Below are positions 32,545 to 40,957 of a stretch of 43,482 bases of DNA, in pieces. Numbering within the stretch: position 1 is the stretch's first letter; every line of letters begins with the position of its first letter. The DNA comes from Candidatus Woesearchaeota archaeon (GTDB lineage: Archaea > Nanobdellota > Nanobdellia > Pacearchaeales > GW2011-AR1), in contig CAYXZJ010000003.1 of assembly GCA_964470085.1 (NCBI GenBank), positions 1-43,482 of the forward strand, in the 5' to 3' direction. Below the pieces are notes generated by a model. That model did no database searches and was not told where the DNA came from. It worked only from the letters and a program-made list of their open reading frames with translations. The position numbers and the translations under genes are program-made.

Positions 32545-32805
32545 ATGAAGAATTTAGGAAAAGACTTTTTAGCCGGATTTTTTAACGGAGGAACGCCATT
32601 CAGCGCCAAGAATAAAAACAACTCTAATCCGTTAAGACAAAAGGCAGATCAACTAATGGATGAAATTAACTTCAAAGATGAAAACATTATTGATTCAATT
32701 TGTTTTGTTAGTGGCGGAATCGTTGGAACATGTATAGCCCCAATAGATGCAATAATAACAATTGTTAATGATGTAAAAAGAACATTAAAAATAGAAAATG
32801 ATTGA
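32545..32805 (+). CDS. Hypothetical small protein
   Basis: 86-aa ORF whose stop overlaps the agmatinase start by 8 nt. It has one hydrophobic segment (ICFVSGGIVGTCIAPIDAIITIV). I recognise no family. Confidence 0.35.
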   Translation: MKNLGKDFLAGFFNGGTPFSAKNKNNSNPLRQKADQLMDEINFKDENIIDSICFVSGGIVGTCIAPIDAIITIVNDVKRTLKIEND

Positions 32806-33532
32806 AATTATTTCTGTACCCAGAATAAATGCGTTAGGATTAAAAGGACCAGAAAATAATGAAATACTTCTTAAAAAGATAAATCACAAAATAATCGAAA
32901 TAAAGAATGACGATATATCTGAAGACGAGAAAAAAATTTTTAAGTTTTCGAATGAATATATTAAAAATAACGAAAAAACATTATTCGTCGGCGGAGATCA
33001 TTCAATAACATATCCAATTGGGAAAGCTTTTTTGAAAAACAACAAATCCGATTATTTTTTTGTTATTTTCGATGCACATCCAGATTGTATGCCAGCTATG
33101 AAAGAACCAACACACGAAGATTATTTAACGGCACTAATAAAATCAGGATTGAATCCAAAGAATATTTGTCTAATAGGAATTAGAAAATTAGAACCAGAAG
33201 AAAAAAAATTCATTCACAAAAACAAAATAAGATATCTAAAGCCAGAGGAAATCAATAAAGATACAATTGATTTTTTAGAAAGAAAAATAAAAAATAAAAA
33301 AGTATACATATCAATAGATATCGACGCAATAGATCCGAAATACACCCCAGCAGTTAATTATAGGGAAGAAAATGGAATAAACAAAAGAACTTTTTTTAAA
33401 TTATTAAAAAGATTATTAAAACTAAATATAAAAACTATTGATTTAGTGGAATTTGTGCCTCAAAACGATAAAAAAAATAAATCACAAAAAACGATAAAAA
33501 AACTAATAAAACTAATTAACAATAGTCTTTAA
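32798..33532 (+). CDS. speB: Agmatinase/ureohydrolase family protein (short form)
   Basis: The Mn-binding motifs are present: FVGGDHSITYP, VIFDAHPD, ISIDIDAIDP and IDLVEFVP. Confidence 0.8.
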   Translation: MIEIISVPRINALGLKGPENNEILLKKINHKIIEIKNDDISEDEKKIFKFSNEYIKNNEKTLFVGGDHSITYPIGKAFLKNNKSDYFFVIFDAHPDCMPAMKEPTHEDYLTALIKSGLNPKNICLIGIRKLEPEEKKFIHKNKIRYLKPEEINKDTIDFLERKIKNKKVYISIDIDAIDPKYTPAVNYREENGINKRTFFKLLKRLLKLNIKTIDLVEFVPQNDKKNKSQKTIKKLIKLINNSL

Positions 33533-34549
33533 TTTTTTATATCCAAAAAAGTCTGTTGTATAATTATATGCTCCCGCATTCAAAAAAACTATTTTGTCAC
33601 CGACTTTAGGATTATTTAATTTTACTTTATATCTAAAAATATCATCTCTCGTCGGAGAATTTCCTTTTATTAAATAATAATCTCCCTTTTCCGAATCGGA
33701 TAATTCATTTTCTACAATCATTTTTGTTCCTGTTAATAATGTATCAAGAGCACAATTGTAAAGAGTTGTGTTTAGTATTATATTATTTTCTTGTATTTGA
33801 ATAATTTCTGTTTCTAATTTAATTGCTGGTCCACAAACAAACCTCCCAGGCTCAATAATTGTTTCAATATTATTACTTTTTAGCCACTCTACAACATCTT
33901 TTATTTTGTTAAAAATATACGGAAGTATATCCGCAGTATAACTCTTATATTTTATTGGTAAACCACCACCTATATTCACAAAATTTATTCTTTTTAATGT
34001 AGTTTCATCAATAGAATCCTTAAGTTCATCAATTATTTCCCACTCAGATGTGTTTTGACTTTTTCGATGAATATGAATTCCTATTTTATTCAAATATTTA
34101 TTATCTTTTTCTTGTAATATTAATGAATTAACCTTATTAGAATACATACCATAAACGAAATATTTTCCAGTTCCAACTCTATGTTCGTTAAATTTCATTC
34201 TAATTGACAAGTTTATTTTTATTTTCAACTTATTAATAACATTTATTATTTTAAAAAAATCTATTTCATTATCAACTACAAAATTACGTATACCAACGCT
34301 TAAAAGTTCTTCAATTTCTTTTTCGTTTTCAGCAAGTATAAAAAATATAATTTTAGATTTATCTTTTATCATTCCAATTTCATCTTTTGAATGAATAGAA
34401 AATAATACATCGGGATCTTCTTCTTGAATAATATTTCCAACCTCATGATTCGTCTTATAAGAATACGATATTTTCAATCCCAGTTTTTTCAAAGTATCAA
34501 GTTGTTCAAAAATAGCTTGTTTATTTAGTATAAATCTGGCTTCACCCAT
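33512..34549 (-). CDS. PLP-dependent Orn/Arg/DAP decarboxylase (alanine-racemase fold)
   Basis: ISYSYKTNHEV (PLP Lys), HIHRKSQ, VNIGGGLPI, EPGRFV and LNAGAYNY. Substrate cannot be assigned from sequence alone. Confidence 0.8.
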   Translation of the reverse strand: MGEARFILNKQAIFEQLDTLKKLGLKISYSYKTNHEVGNIIQEEDPDVLFSIHSKDEIGMIKDKSKIIFFILAENEKEIEELLSVGIRNFVVDNEIDFFKIINVINKLKIKINLSIRMKFNEHRVGTGKYFVYGMYSNKVNSLILQEKDNKYLNKIGIHIHRKSQNTSEWEIIDELKDSIDETTLKRINFVNIGGGLPIKYKSYTADILPYIFNKIKDVVEWLKSNNIETIIEPGRFVCGPAIKLETEIIQIQENNIILNTTLYNCALDTLLTGTKMIVENELSDSEKGDYYLIKGNSPTRDDIFRYKVKLNNPKVGDKIVFLNAGAYNYTTDFFGYKKLKTIVN

Positions 34550-35486
34550 CTTTCAAAAGACCTTCCTTTTTCATTTCGTCTAAACACTTTGACATCAATA
34601 AAGGGAATGTTATTGTAACATCTCCTATTACGGTGGCTCCCTGTCCATCATCTTTAATTTTTCCCCAACTTTTTGCTTCTTGAGTTGTAGCCCCACTTAA
34701 AGAACCAGAACTTGGATGAGATGTTGTTAGGTATACCGCATAATCAAATCCACCAGATAACAAAGCAGCGAAAATAGCATAATGTTTAGAAATGGACCCC
34801 CCCAAAGAAATTAATCCTTTTTTTTCATCAAAACTCAAATCTGTAACAATTCTATTCATATCTAATATTGTATCAACTATAAAATCTGGATGTTTTTGTT
34901 GAAACATAAATAATTGGAAACCAAAAGAAGAATCAACAATTCCTGGACAATATATTGGAATATTTTTTTGAGCTGCTTGATATAAAATGGAATTTTCATC
35001 ATCAACCAACAATCCAAGTTCATATAATAACTCCGAAGAAGAAATTCTTTTCTTCTTTTTATATATTTTTTCTAAATATTCAATCATCAAATCCTCAAAT
35101 TTCATATAACTTTCATTTCTTATAAGCAAATTTCCTACTCTGTTTTCTCCTTTTTCGTGTAAAGCTACATCATCAACGTTTGAATTTGTTAATTCGAAAG
35201 TCTCTCCACTTGCTTTAATTAAATCTTCTTCAATAGAACCAGATGTAGTAACCAAAATATTAGGTATACCTAATTTACATAACTGAGCAAAAAAACCACG
35301 TAGTCCAGAAGTTACCATATTTGAAGTAAAAGTAAGAAATATTTTTGCTCCATCTCTTTTCATTTTTAGAATAATTTTGGAAGCCTCGGCTAATTCCATA
35401 GATTGGAATCCTAGGTTTTCAAAACTACCAACTAATTCGGAGATAGTCATTCCGTTATGCCATAAAAAATCTTTTACTTTTTTCAT
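34542..35486 (-). CDS. dys: Deoxyhypusine synthase
   Basis: FLTFTSNMVTSGLRG, LVTTSGSIEEDLIK, IYCPGIVDSSFG, GGSISKHY and WGKI. I place the start at the ATG at 35486, with GAGGT 4 nt upstream. The track start at 35516 is a TTG. Confidence 0.9.
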   Translation of the reverse strand: MKKVKDFLWHNGMTISELVGSFENLGFQSMELAEASKIILKMKRDGAKIFLTFTSNMVTSGLRGFFAQLCKLGIPNILVTTSGSIEEDLIKASGETFELTNSNVDDVALHEKGENRVGNLLIRNESYMKFEDLMIEYLEKIYKKKKRISSSELLYELGLLVDDENSILYQAAQKNIPIYCPGIVDSSFGFQLFMFQQKHPDFIVDTILDMNRIVTDLSFDEKKGLISLGGSISKHYAIFAALLSGGFDYAVYLTTSHPSSGSLSGATTQEAKSWGKIKDDGQGATVIGDVTITFPLLMSKCLDEMKKEGLLKDG

Positions 35487-35578
35487 AAAAACCTCAAAAC
35501 GCAGTAAGACTAACAAATTTAATTCACAATTGGAATTGCTTGTATTTGTCTCATAAAATAAACAAGAAAAATGTGTTT

Positions 35579-36169
35579 TTAATTCTTTCGAAAATCAAAA
35601 TAAACTGCATCAACCGCTTGTTTTGTAGAAGCCCCAATTGAAATCATAAATTCTTGTAATTCTTTCGTTGAACAAAAATCTTTTTTATGCTCTGCAAAAG
35701 TTGCAATCTTAATTGAAGTTCCTATTTTTTGACAAACCCTTAAATTTTGACTAATTCTAGCAATCCTAATTGATAAATCAAAATCATCCAATTTTTTTAA
35801 ATCACAAAAATCAATAACAATTGAAATATTTTTTTGTTTGGCTATCTTAGCTAAAACGTGATTTATTCCAGAGTCTTTTTGCTTCAGATTATCAAATTTT
35901 AGACCTTTTTCAGGAGATATCAAATAATTAATCGGCATTGTTTCAAGGACACGTCGATTAAATAAATTGTCCCCACCTATAATTGCTATAATTTTATTCT
36001 TTTTTCGTAATAAATCAATAATTTTTCGTAATTCTTTTTCATCCCCATTGGTATCAATCAAATAACCATCATAAATATCTTCCTTAAGAATTTCCCCTTT
36101 CGATAAAATTTTCTTAAGAAAATATGAATTATTATCTTGTATTAATCTTAAATCATTTTTCATGTACAA
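35579..36169 (-). CDS. rnp3: RNase P protein component 3 (Rpp30/Rnp3)
   Basis: SGINHVLAKIAKQKNISIVIDF...RIARISQNLRVCQKIGTSIKIATFAEHK parallels archaeal Rpp30 ([21 protein letters not shown]...). Confidence 0.7.
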   Translation of the reverse strand: MYMKNDLRLIQDNNSYFLKKILSKGEILKEDIYDGYLIDTNGDEKELRKIIDLLRKKNKIIAIIGGDNLFNRRVLETMPINYLISPEKGLKFDNLKQKDSGINHVLAKIAKQKNISIVIDFCDLKKLDDFDLSIRIARISQNLRVCQKIGTSIKIATFAEHKKDFCSTKELQEFMISIGASTKQAVDAVYFDFRKN

Positions 36170-36193
36170 ATAATGCCAAACAATTATTTAAAT

Positions 36194-36883
36194 CTAACCA
36201 GAAATTAAACTTCCAAGATAATTTTTCTTTTCTTGAACAATTTTTTCAATATCAGACAAACATCCTACAATATATGTTGGAACCTTTTTCTTATAAATTA
36301 TTGAAGCCCCTTTTTGATCTAAAACGAAATGTTGACCAGCAGAAAATTTAATTTTTTTTGCTATATTATTAAAATCTTCCCAAGAAATATTTTTAATGAA
36401 CTTTGCATTTTTATTTTCTTTTGGATTATCTGTATAAACCCCTTTTATATTTGTCAAATTTACAAAAGGACATTTCAAATATGAGGCAATCGCAGCGGCC
36501 GTAGCATCTGTTGTCTGAGGAATTGTTGTATGTCTTAATGCTCCACAAAAAACTATATGATTTTTTTGTAAAAGATTTTCAACCCTCTTCAAAGAAAACG
36601 GATGATCTTCATTAGCCTCCTTCCCAAAATAATCCATCATAAAATTTGCATGAAATCTAGTAATAGCAATTCCTGCCTTTGATTGTTTATCAATATCCCC
36701 ATTCAATTTTCGTGAAGCATTAATATATTTTCGTGCTGTAGTCCCACCACCAGTTACGACAACAAATTTCGTATTAGGATATTTTTGAATAAATTTCTTA
36801 AAATCTTTCAAAAAAACATAATCTACGTCATCTGGAATTATTCTAGATCCCCCAAGACTAATCACCACCTTATCTAAAACCAT
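36194..36883 (-). CDS. pyrH: UMP kinase, archaeal type
   Basis: VVISLGGSRI, FVVVTGGGTTARKYI and TTDATAAAIASYL. The length is about 229 aa. Confidence 0.88.
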   Translation of the reverse strand: MVLDKVVISLGGSRIIPDDVDYVFLKDFKKFIQKYPNTKFVVVTGGGTTARKYINASRKLNGDIDKQSKAGIAITRFHANFMMDYFGKEANEDHPFSLKRVENLLQKNHIVFCGALRHTTIPQTTDATAAAIASYLKCPFVNLTNIKGVYTDNPKENKNAKFIKNISWEDFNNIAKKIKFSAGQHFVLDQKGASIIYKKKVPTYIVGCLSDIEKIVQEKKNYLGSLISG

Positions 36884-36966
36884 AATATTATTATGTTAAT
36901 CATTTTTTTAAAGTTTCTTATAACAATAATCAAATAATTTATAAGGTATAACACCTTTATCCAGAA

Positions 36967-38349
36967 ATGACAGATAAAATAAAAAAACCAACCAGAACTA
37001 TTTCTGGAGTTGCTCCAGTTGCAGTGATGGTTCCTCCAAGACAATGTCCTCACGGAGCATGTCTTTTTTGCCCGACATTAAATGCCCCACAAAGTTATAC
37101 ACCAGAAAGTCCCGCTGTATTAAGAGCAAGAGCAAACGATTATGATTCTTACAAACAGGTAAAAACAAGAATAAAAATGTTAAACGAAATGAAACATCCA
37201 ACTGAAAAAGTTGAATTAATAATTATGGGAGGAACATTTTTAGCATATCCAAAAGATTTCAGATACAGTTTTGTGAAAGGATGTTATGATGCTTTAAACG
37301 GGAAAAAATCAGAAACACTAAAAGAAGCACAAAAGATAAATGAAACCGCTAAATATCGTTGTATTGCAATTTGTTTTGAAACAAGACCAGATATTTGTTC
37401 AGATAATGATATAAAAGAAATGTTAAAATATGGTGGAACAAGAGTAGAATTAGGAGTTCAGGCAATAGACGACGGAATTTATAAAAAAGTTAATCGTGGT
37501 CATACTGTAAAAGATGTTATTGATGCAACAGCAAGATTAAAAAAAGCTGGATTCAAAATCGGTTATCATATAATGCCTGGTATACCAGGAAGTAATCCTC
37601 AAAAAGATATCAAAATGTTTAAAGAAATCTTTAGTAATCAATCTTTTAAGCCAGACCAAATAAAAATTTATCCATGTCAAGTCATGAAAGGAGCTAAATT
37701 AGAAGAACTATATTGGGGAGGAGAATATGCTCCATATTCAAAAGAGGTCGCAACAAAAATAATTAGAGAAATGATCAAATTAACACCACGATATTGTAGA
37801 ATAATGCGAGTAATGAGAGAAATTCCACCAACTTTTTTAACAGCAGGAATTGTCAATATAGACTTAAGAAAAGATATTGAAGATATAATCAGAAAAGAAA
37901 AAACAACAGTAAAAGAAATACGTTTTAGAGAGGTTGGATTTGCAATACGAGATTCAAGAAAATTAAATACTGATTTAAAATTAAAACAAACCAAATACAC
38001 AGCAAGTAACGGAACAGAATATTTTTTAGAAATAGTAAATAAAGATGACGTCTTATTTGCATTATTAAGACTAAGACTAGAAAACAAAAAAAACGAATCT
38101 GCCATCGTAAGAGAATTACATGTATATGGTCCTGCATCGTTATTAGGTAAAAATGAAACTGAAAAATGGCAACATAAAGGACTTGGTAAAGAATTATTAA
38201 TAGAAGCAGAAAAAATAGCAACAAAGAAAGGATATAAAAAGATAAAAATCATCTCAGGGATAGGAGTAAGAGAATATTACAAAAATTTGGGTTACAAAAT
38301 AGATAAAGAAAAAATATATATGGAAAAGGAGTTGAAAAATGCCAAGTGA
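36967..38349 (+). CDS. elp3: Elp3-type tRNA uridine(34) carboxymethyl-forming radical SAM/GNAT enzyme
   Basis: TISGVAPVAVMVPPRQCPHGACLFCP carries the CX4CX2C cluster motif of Elp3. A radical SAM core follows, then a C-terminal GNAT (VRELHVYG...WQHKGLGKELLIEAEKIA). Confidence 0.9.
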   Translation: MTDKIKKPTRTISGVAPVAVMVPPRQCPHGACLFCPTLNAPQSYTPESPAVLRARANDYDSYKQVKTRIKMLNEMKHPTEKVELIIMGGTFLAYPKDFRYSFVKGCYDALNGKKSETLKEAQKINETAKYRCIAICFETRPDICSDNDIKEMLKYGGTRVELGVQAIDDGIYKKVNRGHTVKDVIDATARLKKAGFKIGYHIMPGIPGSNPQKDIKMFKEIFSNQSFKPDQIKIYPCQVMKGAKLEELYWGGEYAPYSKEVATKIIREMIKLTPRYCRIMRVMREIPPTFLTAGIVNIDLRKDIEDIIRKEKTTVKEIRFREVGFAIRDSRKLNTDLKLKQTKYTASNGTEYFLEIVNKDDVLFALLRLRLENKKNESAIVRELHVYGPASLLGKNETEKWQHKGLGKELLIEAEKIATKKGYKKIKIISGIGVREYYKNLGYKIDKEKIYMEKELKNAK

Positions 38350-38920
38350 ATTAGGATTATTAGATTCTTTTAATGTATTGAAAGACTTTCCAATCGTCAA
38401 AACTACAATCATAGAAAAAAAAATCGACTTGATGAATATAAATTATCCCTGTTACATAAAGGTTGATTCATATATACATAAAAAACAAAATGGTGGAGTA
38501 TTTTTCTGTGACGATAAATCAAGTGGAGAAAATGCATTCGACAAAATAAAAACTAACTTCCCTGAAAATAAAATAGTATACCAAGAAGTTGTTAATGGGT
38601 TAAAAATAATTATTGGAATAAAAAAAGACAACGTATTCAACAAAGTAATAATGTTTGGCGAAGGGGGAAGTAATTTAGATGAAAAAAATATTGTTTTTAG
38701 AACAATAAATATGAATAGAACAGAAATTTCAAAAATGTTTAAAGATTTAAAAATAGGAAGAGAAATAAGTTTATACAGACATAAAGAAAAATTAATTAGT
38801 TTAGTTGAAATGGTTTCTTACTTCGCACGTTACAATAACATCGAAGAAATGGACCTAAATCCTGTAATATTAAGTGATAAAGGTCCATTAATTGTAGATG
38901 CAAGAATAAAAAATGGATGA
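38339..38920 (+). CDS. Stand-alone ATP-grasp domain protein, ADP-forming acetyl-CoA synthetase beta (AcdB)-like
   Basis: YPCYIKVDS.IHKKQNGGV, IIIGIKKDNVFNKVIMFGEGG and EMDLNPVILSDKGPLIVDARI parallel the Pyrococcus AcdB blocks YPVVMKVVSPQIIHKSDAGGV, VIVGMIRDPQFGPAVMFGLGG and ELDINPIFA...AVDARM. No alpha/CoA-ligase partner is adjacent. Confidence 0.7.
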   Translation: MPSELGLLDSFNVLKDFPIVKTTIIEKKIDLMNINYPCYIKVDSYIHKKQNGGVFFCDDKSSGENAFDKIKTNFPENKIVYQEVVNGLKIIIGIKKDNVFNKVIMFGEGGSNLDEKNIVFRTINMNRTEISKMFKDLKIGREISLYRHKEKLISLVEMVSYFARYNNIEEMDLNPVILSDKGPLIVDARIKNG

Positions 38921-39542
38921 TCAAAAAAAGATTTGGAATAAAATTGCTCCAAGTTGGAATAAAGTAAGACAAAAAACACCTGAAATTGTAACTAATTTTT
39001 TAAAAGATTGTTCTGGAAATATATTAGATTTAGGCTGTGGTTCTGGAAGAAACTGTATTAATTTAGGTAACAAAAAAAAATATTTTTGTGTTGATTTTTC
39101 TAGAAGAATGTTAAAATATGCAAAAATAAATCTTAAAAAGAACAAAATAAATGGAGAATTTATCAAATCTGAATCTTATAATATACCATTTAAAGATAAT
39201 TTTTTCGACCATGCAATTTGCATTGCAGTATTACATTGTATAAAGACAAAAGAAAACAGAATAAAAACAATAAATGAAATGTATAGAACACTAAAAAAAG
39301 GACAAACGGGATTGATTTCTGTTTGGAGTAAAAATTCAAAAATACTAAAAAATAAACCTAAAGAATCAGAGATTACATGGAAATTAAAAAGAAATTCGGT
39401 AAATCGATTTAATTATACATATGAAGAAGAAGAATTAAGAAACGAATTAGAATCAGTTGGATTTAAAGTAAAAAAATCAAATTTCAAATCAAAACAAGAT
39501 AAATATGAAGATAATAATATAATCTTTATTGTAAAAAAATAA
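38913..39542 (+). CDS. Trm9-like class I SAM-dependent methyltransferase
   Basis: IWNKIAPSWNKVRQKTPEIVTNFL, ILDLGCGSGRN, FDHAICIAVLHCIKTKENRIKTINEMYRTLKKGQTGLISVWS and FNYTYEEEEL parallel the yeast Trm9 blocks YNEIAPHFSQTRYKPWPIVTQFL, IDVGCGNGKY, FDFAISIAVVHHWSTRERR...GGQALIYCWA and YYHLYREGEL. Confidence 0.75.
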   Translation: MDDQKKIWNKIAPSWNKVRQKTPEIVTNFLKDCSGNILDLGCGSGRNCINLGNKKKYFCVDFSRRMLKYAKINLKKNKINGEFIKSESYNIPFKDNFFDHAICIAVLHCIKTKENRIKTINEMYRTLKKGQTGLISVWSKNSKILKNKPKESEITWKLKRNSVNRFNYTYEEEELRNELESVGFKVKKSNFKSKQDKYEDNNIIFIVKK

Positions 39543-39578
39543 CACTAACTTTAAAAAAATGATAATATTATTCATATA

Positions 39579-40331
39579 ATGACCAATTACTCATATTCGC
39601 GTATCTCAACATTCGACACATGTCCGTATAAATACAAACTCCAATACATAGATAACATAAAAGCAGACATTCCAACTACAGTTGAAGCATTCATGGGAAA
39701 TATTGTTCATACTACACTTCAGATGTTATATAAAGATAAACGACTAGGAATTGAACAAACCAAACAATCACTAATAAAATATTATGAGTGTTTATGGAAA
39801 AGAAATTTTACAAAAGATATATTAATCACGAAAGAAAAATCCGAAGATGAATACAAAAAAATTGGAGAAAAATATATATTAGATTATTACAACAGAATGT
39901 ATCCATTTAATCAACTAACAATCATTGATTTAGAAACTCAAGAAAAATTAAAATTAGATAAAGAAAACAATTGGTATATAAGAATAGATAAATTTGCTAA
40001 AGATAAAAACAATAATTATTACATTTGCGATTACAAAACAAACGCGAATATGAAAACTCAAAAAGAAGTTGACGAAGACGAACAACTTGCAATGTATTCT
40101 ATTTGGGTGAAAGATAAATTCAAAAATTGTAAATCAATAAAACTTGTTTGGCACATGCTTGCATTCAATAAAGACCTAATTTCTGAAAGAACAAACGAAC
40201 AGTTAGAAAAATTAAAAACAAAGATATTAAACAAAATAAAGACAATAGAATCAACCAAAACATTTGAAAAGAAAACTGGAAAATTATGTAATTATTGTAT
40301 TTACAAAAACATTTGTCAAAAATCACAATAA
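39579..40331 (+). CDS. PD-(D/E)XK nuclease, Cas4/RecB-like with predicted 4Fe-4S cysteines
   Basis: YSRISTFDTCPYKYKLQY (first Cys), IIDLE, YICDYKT (D.K), EQLAMYSIW (QxxxY) and the C-terminal CNYCIYKNIC (CxxCx5C). Confidence 0.75.
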   Translation: MTNYSYSRISTFDTCPYKYKLQYIDNIKADIPTTVEAFMGNIVHTTLQMLYKDKRLGIEQTKQSLIKYYECLWKRNFTKDILITKEKSEDEYKKIGEKYILDYYNRMYPFNQLTIIDLETQEKLKLDKENNWYIRIDKFAKDKNNNYYICDYKTNANMKTQKEVDEDEQLAMYSIWVKDKFKNCKSIKLVWHMLAFNKDLISERTNEQLEKLKTKILNKIKTIESTKTFEKKTGKLCNYCIYKNICQKSQ

Positions 40332-40868
40332 ATCTGTTTTTGAAATAATTCCCTTAATTTTTTCTTTATCCATAACTATAACGGCTGAATTTTCTTTAAC
40401 TAATTCAATAATACTATTTACAGAATTGTCCAATCCAACCATTGGTAAAACATTCTCCATAACTTCACAAACCCTCATTTTCATTAAATCTTCTGATGAT
40501 ACATTGCTTGAAAGTTTATCTAACAAAATGTTTTCTGAGACAACCCCAACAATTAAACTTCCATCCATAACTGGTATTTGAGAAATGGACAATTCTCTCA
40601 TAATTTTAGACGCGTCCTCAACTTTTTTATTCAAATCTATAGAAATTACTTTTTTGGTCATAATATCTTTACATTTTTTTGTATTTTTATTTTCTAAAGA
40701 ATCTAATACAGTCAATATTTTATCAACAACTAAATATGAGGGTTGAATATTCCCACTTTCAATTTTCGCTATCATAGATTGAGAAATTCCAGACAAACAT
40801 GACAAATCCTTCTGACTAATATTTACATTTAATCTTCTTTTTTTTAATGAATTAAGATTTGGTAGCAT
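40323..40868 (-). CDS. XRE-type HTH plus tandem CBS domain regulator
   Basis: ISQKDLSCLSGISQSMIAKIESGNIQPS forms the HTH. Two CBS motifs follow (IMTKKVISID...ISQIPVMDG..IVGVVSE and VCEVMENVLPMV...VIVMDKEKIKGIISKTDLL). Confidence 0.8.
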   Translation of the reverse strand: MLPNLNSLKKRRLNVNISQKDLSCLSGISQSMIAKIESGNIQPSYLVVDKILTVLDSLENKNTKKCKDIMTKKVISIDLNKKVEDASKIMRELSISQIPVMDGSLIVGVVSENILLDKLSSNVSSEDLMKMRVCEVMENVLPMVGLDNSVNSIIELVKENSAVIVMDKEKIKGIISKTDLL

Positions 40869-40892
40869 GTTTAATTAAATATAACACTTATT

Positions 40893-40918
40893 ATAAATAT
40901 TCCTATAAGAATATTTAT
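40893..40918. promoter_or_regulatory. Perfect 10-bp inverted repeat with a 6-nt spacer in the HTH-CBS / metK divergent intergenic region (candidate operator)
   Basis: ataaatattc ctataa gaatatttat, with arms at 40893..40902 and 40909..40918. It overlaps TATA-like sequence. Confidence 0.35.
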
Positions 40919-40957
40919 GTCAAAAATAATTATAAAGATAAATTATTATTCAAATTA

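Noticed and set aside
37677-38252. 191-aa and 99-aa minus-strand ORFs inside elp3. The same applies to 36998..37201.
   Set aside because: They are antisense to a gene with unambiguous Elp3 motifs, and I see no recognisable motifs of their own.
38913-40331. Methyltransferase plus PD-(D/E)XK nuclease as a restriction-modification pair
   Set aside because: The methyltransferase matches Trm9-type tRNA/small-molecule methyltransferase blocks, not DNA methyltransferase motifs (no DPPY, NPPY or PC-ENV motifs). The nuclease is Cas4/RecB-like with Fe-S cysteines rather than a restriction-enzyme-like protein.
40264-40581. 105-aa + strand ORF
   Set aside because: It overlaps the end of the PD-(D/E)XK gene and is antisense to the HTH-CBS gene, whose HTH and CBS motifs are clear.
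40859-40957. 33-codon N-terminal extension of MetK in the track ORF
   Set aside because: The extension (MVACLIKYNTYYKYSYKNIYVKNNYKDKLL...) is AT-rich intergenic read-through that overlaps the divergent gene's start. MetK family N-termini begin at the MKRYFTSESVGIGHPDK-type sequence.
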